The notes under the pieces are model-generated. The model ran no database searches and had not been told where the DNA came from. It saw nothing but the letters and a program-made list of their open reading frames with translations. A program made the position numbers and the translations under genes. This document shows, in pieces, positions 54,501 through 64,000 of a stretch of 64,000 nt of DNA (positions are counted from its first letter, which is position 1; each line of letters starts with the position of its first letter). The stretch spans positions 19,468,001 through 19,532,000 of the forward strand of contig NC_042998.1 of the NCBI RefSeq assembly GCF_006345805.1, given 5' to 3'. This DNA is from Octopus sinensis. Taxonomy: Eukaryota.

Positions 54501-56041
54501 TCCCTCACATATACTCATATATATACTCACTAAACTCGATATATACAACAATATTTACACACCCACACTCATACAGATAAATAAATTAAACAACTAAAAA
54601 CTCGCACACAATCTCATATAGATAAACACACCTATGAAAAACAACATTAAATACATCGTAATTAACCAGAATATCAAAAATAACAATATGACATAAGGAT
54701 AAATAAAATACATACTTACAATTCAGTGTCAAATTATGAAGTGAAATTAAATTCTTAGCCGTTAAAAAAATCAAAACAAAATTACGTTACCATAGAAATA
54801 ACTTATGTAAAAAAAGAATACGCGCCATGGAAAGTAAACGTCATTTAAGTATGAATGGAGAAATAGGAAAATGGAACTAAAACTATATCCACGTGGCAAA
54901 CCAACACTACTTAAAAAAATTTATTATGAATGGATTCTTTAAAAAACTACCATGAAAAATCATTATATACATCTATGAACTTTAGCTCACCTTAGCATCT
55001 CTAACAAACAACTTGCAGTAACCCAAACCCATCTCTATGCCTACCTCACTACTACACTATTCCATTCACAATTCCAAGCAACGCTAGTCCACCACCCGGT
55101 TATTCACGTGGCAAAACGAACACCACTCAAAAATTATGAATGAAACAATGTAATAAAACAACCAACATCGAAAATAGACAAATTACCACGAATTCCCTAA
55201 AATAACCATGATAAACCAAAACTCATAAAAGCATATAACGATAAAATCTCCCTTTACTAAACTCTATAACAAACCTATATAGTAATCCCCCTAAACCTAA
55301 ACATTCACACACAAATACACACTCGTAAACCACAGACCCACAACTTATACACATACCTATCCTAATTTATAAACCTCAATATACACCAAAACCACTCATT
55401 CCCCACACAGACAAATTAACACAAACATCTCAAAACCTAAATAACAAACCCATATACACACATTCACACACAAACACACACACAAAAAAACACACACACA
55501 CACAGATACATATACTCCCTCACATATACTCATATATATACTCACTAAACTCGATATATACAACAATATTTACACACCCACACTCATACATATAAATAAA
55601 ATATACAACTAAAAAGTCACACACAATCTCATATACATAAACACTCCTATGAAAACACATTAAAACATCGTAATTAACCAGATATTCAAAATAACAATAT
55701 GACATAAGGATAAATAAAATACATACTACAAGTCAATTTCAAATAATGAAGTGAAATTAAATTCTTAGCCGTTAAAAAAACCAAACCAAAATTACATTAC
55801 CATAGAAATAACTTATGTAAAAAAAGAGAGAATACGCGCCATAGAAATTAAACGTCATTTAAATTATGAATGGAGAAAAAGAATAAATGGAACTAAAACT
55901 ATATCCACGTAGCAAACCAACACTACGTAAAAAAATTTATAATGAATGGATTCTTTAAAAAACTACCATGAAAAACCATTATATACATTTATGAGCTTTA
56001 GCTCACCCTAGCAGCTATAACAAACAACCTACAGCAACCCA
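51554..56041. repeat. Higher-order tandem array, ~4.5 units
   Basis: The landmark TTCAC(G/T)TGG(C/T)AAAACGAACAC recurs at 51554, 52249, 53071, 54088 and 55103 (spacings 695, 822, 1017, 1015). A paralogous TCCACGT(G/A)GCAAACCAACAC also occurs inside the 1-kb units. Confidence 0.92.
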
Positions 56042-56873
56042 TTGGAGTATATGTTGAGATTTATATGTATGTATTGGTATGTGTAAGTGGTGTGGGTATT
56101 TGTATATGTCGTGGGTGTGTGGTTTACGTGTGTGTATTTGTGTGTGAATGTTTAGGTTAGGGGGATTGCTATATAGGTTTGTTATAGAGTTTAGTAAAGG
56201 GAGATTTTATCATTATATGTTTTTATGAGTTTTGGTTATCATGGTAGGTTTGATAAGGAATTTGTAGTAATTTGTGTCTATTTGCGATGTCTGTTGTTTT
56301 ATTACATTGTTTCATTCATAATTTTTAAGTAGTGTTCGTTTTACCAAGTGAATATAATTTTTAATTCCATTTATTCCATTTCTCCGTTCATAGTTTTGAG
56401 TGATGTCCGTTTTCTAGAGCGTGAATGTGGGTTGTATGTGTGTGTGTGTGGGAGTATGAATAAGTATTGTGTTGAAGTATTTAGCTATTTTATTTATTTA
56501 TAGTTGCCTAGACATTTTTATGTGTATGTATAGGGATATATATATAGGTGTGTGATTAGTGTATGTAGTTAGATATGGTTATATATAATTAGGTATATGC
56601 GTATGGGTGTATATATAGTTTATTATTATATATTATTATTATTTTTTTGTTTTGTTTTATATTTTATATTTTATATTATATTTTATATTTTTATTTAATT
56701 GTTGATAGGTTTTTTTAGTTTATATATTGTTTATATATTGTTTATATATGGATTATAGATAGGTTATATATGGATTATATACTTATATTTTTTCATTCAT
56801 ACTTTAATTATTTTAAAATTAAAAAAAATTATTATTTTTATATTTTAAAATATTGATTTTTTAGATTGGAAGT

Positions 56874-56916
56874 CCACCTGAAGATTGTCGATCAAGACAA
56901 GAAACGATTGTAGTGG
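56874..56916 (+). ncRNA. Minimal type I hammerhead ribozyme motif (right arm)
   Basis: CCAC-CTGAAGA-TTGTC-gatcaa-GACAA-GAAA-C-gatt-GTA|GTGG has stems I, II and III, an intact CUGANGA/GAAA core and a GUA triplet. Predicted cut after 56912. Confidence 0.72.
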
Positions 56917-57853
56917 CGGTTTTTTTGACTATTTATTAAAATTTTATGTATTAATTAAGTCTTTCCTTGTTTGTTTTGCAAAATAGTGGTTTTGTCTCGA
57001 ATAATATTTTATGTATATATATATATATATACGCACACAGATACACATTGAAATGTAGAAACTGTGCTAAATTCAGAAATTTTTCCTAGACATAGGATGG
57101 TTTAAGAGAAGAGATGCTTATATTAAAAAATAAAATACAAATAAAAGATGGGGAGATATATAAAAATATACACGGATAAAATATACATGGAATATGATAA
57201 GAATAAGAATAAAAATGCATAGAATAAGGATAGCGGAATCAAATAAGTATACATATATATGAGTAAAATGTACAAGAAAACAAAATGGACATTTAAATAA
57301 ATAGAAACGCAAAGACTGTATTAAATACGTTCTTTCGCTAATATTCCCATTAGCAGTATTATGATAAATAAGAAATTAGCTAGACTAGAAAATAAAGTTA
57401 AAAACAAAATAAAAGAGATAGTAAAGTTATAATGTGTGATAAAATGCGACTGGTCACTTGGGACATGTCAATCTCCTCTACAAGTTTTCGTTTATTAGCC
57501 TAAATCCTTTTCTTTCGAGTCTACAGGACGTCTCGATGTCTAGCACCGCCGCGTGTCTCTCAATTCAGAGCTAATTTATTACCACCGTTATGGCGGCGAG
57601 TTGACGGTGTTGTTATTATGCTGGGCAAAGTGCTTAGCGGCATTTCTTCCGTCTTTATGGTCTGCCTTTAAATCCCACCGAAGTCGACTTCGCCTTTCAT
57701 CATTTCGGAGTGGATAAAGTAAGGACCAGCTGAGTACTGGGATCGCTGCGACCGACTTACGCGTCCCCAAAACTGCTTCGCTTGTGGCAAAAGTTTGAAA
57801 GCAATTTATCTCCACCGTTTAAAATAACAAATACACGCACACACACGCACGCG

Positions 57854-57895
57854 TATATGTATGTATGTACGTATGTATTTATGTATGTATGTAAG

Positions 57896-57929
<34 letters not shown>

Positions 57930-57987
57930 TGTATGTATGTATGTATGTATGTATGTATGTATGTATGTATGTATGTATGTATGTATG

Positions 57988-58021
<34 letters not shown>

Positions 58022-58139
58022 TGTATGTATGTATGTATGTATGTATATATGTATGTATGTATCTATGTATGTATATATGTATGTATGTATGTATGTATAT
58101 ATGTATGTATGTACGTATGTATTTATGTATGTATGTAAG

Positions 58140-58173
<34 letters not shown>

Positions 58174-58183
58174 TGTATGTATG

Positions 58184-58214
<31 letters not shown>

Positions 58215-58215
58215 G

Positions 58216-58250
<35 letters not shown>

Positions 58251-58251
58251 G

Positions 58252-58285
<34 letters not shown>

Positions 58286-58303
58286 TGTATGCATGTATGT
58301 ATG

Positions 58304-58334
<31 letters not shown>

Positions 58335-58632
58335 GTATATTGTATGTATGTATGTATGTATGTATGTATGTATGTATGTATGTATGTTATGTATGTATGT
58401 ATGTAGTATGTATGTATGTAGTATGTATGTATGTGTGTATGTATGTATGTATGTATGTATGTATGTATGTATGTGTGTATGTATGTATGTATGTATGTAT
58501 TTATGTATGTATGTATGTATGTGTGTAAGTATGTATGTATGTATGTATGTATGTATGTATGTATGTATGTATGTATGTATGTATGTATGTATGTATATAT
58601 GTATGTATGTGTGTGTGTATGTATGTATGTAT
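57854..58632. repeat. ~780-bp (ATGT)n microsatellite
   Basis: Direct inspection; source of the MYVC/HTYI ORFs. Confidence 0.98.
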
Positions 58633-58633
58633 G

Positions 58634-59012
58634 TAGAGGAGTGGCTGTGTGCTATGTAGCTTGCTTATCAACCACATGGTTACAAGTTCAGTCCCACTGC
58701 GTGGCACCTTAGGGCAAGTGTCTTCTACTGTAGCCTCGGGCCGGCCAAATCCTTGTGAATGGATTTGGTAGAAAGAAACTGAAAGAAGCCCATACATATA
58801 TGTGTGCGTGTGTGTTTGTGTATTTGTTTATGCCACCACAATCGCTCGACGGCCGATGCTGGTGTGTTTATGTCCCCTGTTTGGTAAAAGAGACCCATTA
58901 GAATAAGTACTAAAATTAGAAAGAATAAATCCTGGGGTCCATTTGTTCGACTACAGGCGGTGCTCCAGCATGCCCACAGTGAAATGACTGAAACAAGTAA
59001 AAGAATAAAAGA
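58634..59012 (+). mobile_element. SINE family A
   Basis: Collinear copy. Confidence 0.85.
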
Positions 59013-59015
59013 ATG

Positions 59016-59106
<91 letters not shown>

Positions 59107-59141
59107 ATATGTATAATATATGTATATATATCTATAATATA

Positions 59142-59191
<50 letters not shown>

Positions 59192-59298
59192 TTAGATAAA
59201 ACTTAGATACGTTTCGACCAGAGATTGGTCCAGGCCATGTCTAACTTAATAGCACCACCTGATAGGATTATTCGAATCCTGTTTAAGTCAAGTTTTGT

Positions 59299-61906
59299 TC
59301 AAGCAGTGAGTTCTTGTTGGGTGAGTTGTATCCAGTTTTGTTCAAGTAGTGAGTTCTTGTTGGGTGAGTTGTATCCAATTATGGGTGGCTTATCTGGTAT
59401 TCTTTGAAGGAATCTATCCAGACTCTGTTTGAAGTTGATGGGATCCTTTTCCTCTTTGATCTCCCTCGGGACAATGTTAAATAGGGCAGGGCCTGTTGAG
59501 GAAAAGAATTATGTTGCAGTGTACATGTATGTTGTGATCTTGAATTTGGCAGGGGACGTATATCCCGTGGTCCAAGTCTCGGATGAACCTTGAAGCTAAT
59601 GTTTAGGTCGTTTGGGCAAAGTTGGCGGTATATTTTCCACATCGTACAAATGATGTACCGCTCACGGCGCCGCTGGAGGGAGTAAAGTTTCAAGGCTTTA
59701 AGGCGATCCCAATAATCGAGAGCAGCCATGCCTTCAATTTGTTTAGTGAGAGCCCTCTGGGGTGACTCAATTCTGGAGATGTTTTGTCTTGTGTGAGGAG
59801 ACCACAGTGGGCAGCAATATTCAAGGTGTGGCCGTACAAAGGATGAAAAAAGTGGTATGATGACACCTTGTTCTCTGGACCGGAAAGTTCTTAAGATCCA
59901 GGAACTCATCCTACGAGCTGTATCGACCTTCTTGTTGATGTGTGCACTCCAACTGAGATCGTCATCAACAATTACACCCAGGTCTCTGACATTGTTAGAG
60001 GCTGTGAGCGGTTCCCCTGAAGGAAGAGAGTATGGTTGTTTTAGTGAGGAATTTCTTCCAAAATGCATCAGCTCAAATTTTCCCTCATTCAGTTGCATTT
60101 TGTTTCTCTCTGCCCATTGACTCACAGCATATAGGTCAGACTGGAGTTGAGTTCGGTCTGCTTCTTCATTGACGATTTGCTGGAGCTTAGTATCATCAGC
60201 GAATATTTTCACTTTGCAGTGATGTACGACACTGGAAAGGTCGTTTACATAAATTATGAAGAGTAGCGGACCCAAAACAGTTCCCTGGGGAACACCGCTG
60301 GTGACTTTTGCTGGGTTTGAGTGGACTCCATCAACTACAACATGTTGTGTTCTATTCGCTAGGAAATACTGAATCCAGTGTAGAACTTTTCCACGGATTC
60401 CAACATTTGCCAATTTTGAGAGTAGGATGTTATGGTCTACCCTGTCGAACGCTTTACTGACGTCAAGGTATATGACGTCAGAGTTCGAACCTGTTCCCAA
60501 GGCTTTGAGTACATCTTCAATGTGGTGTAAGAGCTGTGTTAGACAGTCCCTGCCACAGCGAAAGCCATGCTGATTTGAATTCAGGAGTTTGTGGGTCTCC
60601 AGGAAGTCAGCTATCCTTGATCTTAACACTCTTTCAAACACTTTAATGATGTGGGAGGTGAGTGAGATTGGGCGATAGTTGACTGCGAGGGATCTGTTTC
60701 CCTGTTTGAAAACCGGGATGACCGACTGGGATAGAAACTTTTTCGGTATATAACCTGCGTCTAACGAGTTTCTCCAGAGGTTGGTCAGAGGGACTGCAAG
60801 TTGATATCTACATTCCTTCAGGAGACTGCCGGGAAATCTATCAGGGCCTACAGCAGAGTAATGTTTGACCTCATTTATTGCTGCTACGATGTCGGTGGCA
60901 GTGAAGGTTATGTCTGCGATTTTGTGTTGGGAGTCAGCTTCGTTCGTTTCCCTTACATCAATATCAGTGGGAACACTAAAGACAGAGCAGTATTGTTTCT
61001 GCAGTATTTCTGCCATTTCTTTAGCATCGTGTTGGGGAATGCCGTTTTCATCAATCAATGGCCCAATAGGTGAGACAGTGGTTCTATGCTTATTTGCATA
61101 AGAATAGAACACTTTTGGGTTCTGTTTGATGTTTTTGATTACCCATTGTTCCTCCACAGCTCTTTGATTTTCAATGGAGGTTTTCATGTTAGTCTGCAGA
61201 TGAAGTTTTTCCAGCTCTAGTCTTTTCATTGTTGTTGAATGTGGATGTTGCGTGTGGGAATATTTTAATTGGTTGATTTTTTTGTTGAGTCTTTTGATGC
61301 GCCTGATGAGTGTTTTTTTTTCTTTTTAGGGAGCCGGTTTCTGTTTGTGTTAGTAGATTTCTTGGGAGCGTGTTTAGATCATGTCTCGATGACAATGGTT
61401 TCAAAGTGCTGCCACGCGGTCTCAATATGAGGAGAATTGAGAGTAAAAGACCAGTCGATGGAAGACAGATCCTTTCTGATTGTTCCCCAGTCCGCTTTGT
61501 GGAAATTTATGTTGTCAAATGGGTGCCATGGAGTGGGATTGGCTGGTTTGGTTTTTATACGTCGGGAATTAAGATTGCAGAGTACCATGTCGTGGTCTGA
61601 GAGGAGAGTTTTTTCGACTGAAATGCTGTGAACGTAGCTAGAGTGATTGGTCAGTACCAGATCCAAGATCGTTTTATTCTGTCTCGTTGGTTCAAGCACT
61701 AGCTGAGTCAGGTAATACTCATCCATCAGATTAAAGAGCAGTTCTGCTGCTGCCCTATCTGATGTAGAGCACTTGCCTAACTTCGGAGTTATATATGGGA
61801 TCTTCCATTTTTGGGCAATAATTGATGGGTTGATGCCACGTACATTTAACAGGAATGTCGAGGTAAGGGAAGTTGGTAATGGGTGAGTGGTCCTTGTGAT
61901 TTGCAT
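59299..61906 (-). pseudogene. ORF2: APE endonuclease (internally deleted) + reverse transcriptase
   Basis: LLNVRGIN, TQLVLEPTR..TILDLVLTN and SDHDMV (EN); [31 protein letters not shown] and FADD (RT). There is a stop at 61379, frameshifts at ~61315 and ~59500, and a 43-bp tandem duplication at the C-terminus. Confidence 0.93.
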
Positions 61907-62740
61907 AGATGGTTGGTGATGGCTCGCTGGATCTCCTGGCTTAGGTCGGCCTTCATATTTTCCAGGTATGTCAGTAAAAAAGAGTTACTTGTTTGGTTTG
62001 CCATTTGGTCAGAGGATACATATTTCAAGTTGCAGTTATTTGGTGTTTTTTCCTGGTTCTGTCTACGTAGTTTGATTGTAGGAGGGGAAACGTGGTTGTA
62101 TTTTGTTCTTGCTGTTGTCCTAGATTTCCTCTGTTCCTGTTCATATCTATTCTGTGATCGTTTTGTGCCCTTCAGATGGTGGTTGTTGCATTCTAGGTTC
62201 AGGCACATACTTTGTGAGACAGAAGTTTGGCACAGTTTAGGATGGAATAAGGTGCATCCATTGCCTCTTATGCATCCGTATTTAGGGTCAGAACCATAGA
62301 TTCTGTATTTAGGACAGTATTTGGGGTGGAGGTGGGGGCAATTTTTTCCTGTTATACCTTATGGACAGGTGCCCATAGCAAGTCTACGACATAAGGTCGG
62401 GTGGGGAAAAGCACAGCGTCCATTTTTGTTTGTGCCGCTGGGGCCAAATCTACAAGTGCCTTTAGAATAGTAACGGCAGGGGGTTTTATTTGGTTGTAGT
62501 AGTGGTTTTTCTATTTTGGCAGTAGTAGTGGTGGTGGTGGTGGTGGTGGTGGTGGTGTTAGAAGCAGCTTGTTGATTTTGTGATGGTGGGTTCTGGCTTG
62601 CCAGTATGTGGTCAAATCTGCAGCTGCCTTGAGAGTAGTAGTGGCAGATAGTTTTACGCGGATGTAGTAGTGATTTTCCTATTGTGGCAGTAGTGGGGAG
62701 TTGTAGCAGCATTGGAACTTGACTAGTGGTAGTATTAGAG

Positions 62741-62772
<32 letters not shown>

Positions 62773-63138
62773 TTGTTGCTGTAGCGAAGGTGAGACTTGA
62801 CTTGGTTCATCAGGTGCTGTTGTCAATGGAAGTAGGTCAGTTGATTGTTGCTGTTGAAGTGACCACTGACCTGTTGGAATTTGGTCATTTGTTGTACTGA
62901 ATTCGTTGGCAAGAATGGCTTTTAGTGTTGCCATGTGCGCGTGAAAAATAGGGAATATCCTAACAATTTCTTTTAATTTATTTTCTATCTGTTTTACAGA
63001 TCTGTGAAAGGATTTTTTCGTTAAATCCTCAGTTATTTTGCTATAAACATTAGCTTCGTTGTGATGGATGAACCAAGTGTTAATCATTGCAGTAATTTCA
63101 TTTTCAACCCAGCAGCGTTTTTGAAAATTATTGGCCAT
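61846..63138 (-). pseudogene. ORF1: Myb/SANT-like domain, Q/T-rich linker and 4-5 CCCH zinc fingers; one in-frame stop
   Basis: Track ORFs 62359-63222 and 61846-62208 are in the same frame, separated only by TAA at 62359-62361. The read-through segment gives CPHLHPKYC...GCIRGNGCTLFHPKLC. Confidence 0.85.
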
Positions 63139-64000
63139 ATTCAGTGGGGTAGTGTTGTGTAATATATATATGTATGTATGTGTACACCAGTTATTGATGG
63201 CTTGATGTAAAATAGTGAACACACTGTTGAAAAGTTTGTGTCGATATACTCGGTAAATAGTGAATACACCGTTGGAAAGTTTGTGTCGATATACTCGGAA
63301 ATTCGTGGTTTGTGTGTGTGAGAGTTCAGTGTAATTAGTACAATCTAATTAGTACAATCGGGATGAGCGGTGTGTTTGATACAGACCAAGAAAAAAGAAT
63401 TGTACTCACGGGACTAGTTTTAGAACTAGTCTTGGGTTTAGTATTTAGTTTTGGGTTGTTCCTCTTTCTTCAGGTTGTATATAGATTTGTATAAATTTAT
63501 CCTCCGATGGTAGTAAAAGAGTAGTATAGTAGGATTGTAGAGTTCAAAAGTCTTGAGATTAAAGACAAGGAGAGATTATGTTAGCTTGAGTTGAGTTGAG
63601 TTAAATTGAGTTGAAAAATGCTTCTTTGGTTAGTTACTGACGGGAGCTATAAAAAGTACAAAATGGCCAATTATATTCCCACACCATATTTATTACTATA
63701 AACAAGAAATTTAATTTATTTTCCAACAAGTCTTTTCTTTTTTGAAAAGTGCCTACAAGAATACAAGAAGGTGGATGCGAATGTTGGAACAAGAAAACAT
63801 CACAGTACTTATTTCAAAATCCTAAAATATGCCTTTAGTTAATGAGGCCTCATATTACTGTAACCACTAATTTGCTCGAGATTCCTTTCTTAGATGTTTC
63901 CCTAGACTTAACCTCGCGCTTTTTTAACCCTATCATAAACGGAATGTAAAACTCGGATATCTAAAAAAATAATCCCCTCCTTCTCTATAGTATTCAAAAC

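Larger units (their letters stand above)
50814..57010 (-). mobile_element. Non-coding Penelope-like composite: hammerhead-bearing arm + tandem array + inverted copy of the arm
   Basis: 50897-51862 is mirrored at 56042-57012. The strands are strongly C/A versus G/T skewed, there is no meaningful ORF, both flanks are (TA)n, and ATGTATATATATA occurs at 50801-50813 and 57011-57023. Confidence 0.7.
59187..63640 (-). mobile_element. Near full-length CR1/L2-group LINE (5' UTR, ORF1, ORF2, stem-loop 3' end, (TATCTAAGTTT)2 tail)
   Basis: Two-ORF layout, APE and RT motifs, and a 3' end shared with 37047 and 4418. The 5' boundary is approximate. Confidence 0.92.

Noticed and set aside
51554-56041. Regularly recurring conserved motifs suggesting a CRISPR-like array
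   Set aside because: The sequences between motifs are themselves repeated, the units are 0.7-1 kb and the context is eukaryotic; this is a tandem satellite.
57806-58797. Long ORFs (up to 252 aa) of MYVC/HTYI repeats
   Set aside because: Translations of the (ATGT)n microsatellite. The same applies to the YI, VC, TH and YLSI ORFs throughout the track.

Overview
AT-rich, microsatellite-saturated animal genomic DNA. The repeat landscape resembles a coleoid cephalopod such as Octopus; this is an inference and was not database-checked. No intact host gene is evident, only a few weak candidate exons. Nearly all ORFs in the track are microsatellite artefacts. The interpretable content is mobile DNA: (1) a 5'-truncated L1/Tx1-type LINE inside a (GATA)n tract; (2) a near full-length CR1/L2-group LINE at 59.2-63.6 kb whose ORF1 combines a Myb/SANT-like domain with a CCCH zinc-finger array, plus a second truncated relative and several 3' fragments; (3) a Penelope-type RT fragment; (4) Tc1/mariner derivatives, MITEs and Helitron-like pieces; (5) four tRNA-headed SINE families, given working names A, B, C and E; (6) a U2 snRNA retrocopy followed by a SINE-type tail. 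The most notable structures are a ~6.2-kb non-coding unit at 50.8-57.0 kb, made of ~970-bp inverted arms that each carry a minimal type I hammerhead ribozyme motif and enclose a higher-order tandem array, and a SINE family whose 3' tail matches the 3' end of the Tx1-type LINE and which forms fixed-register multimers with two alternative tails. All alignments were done by eye.
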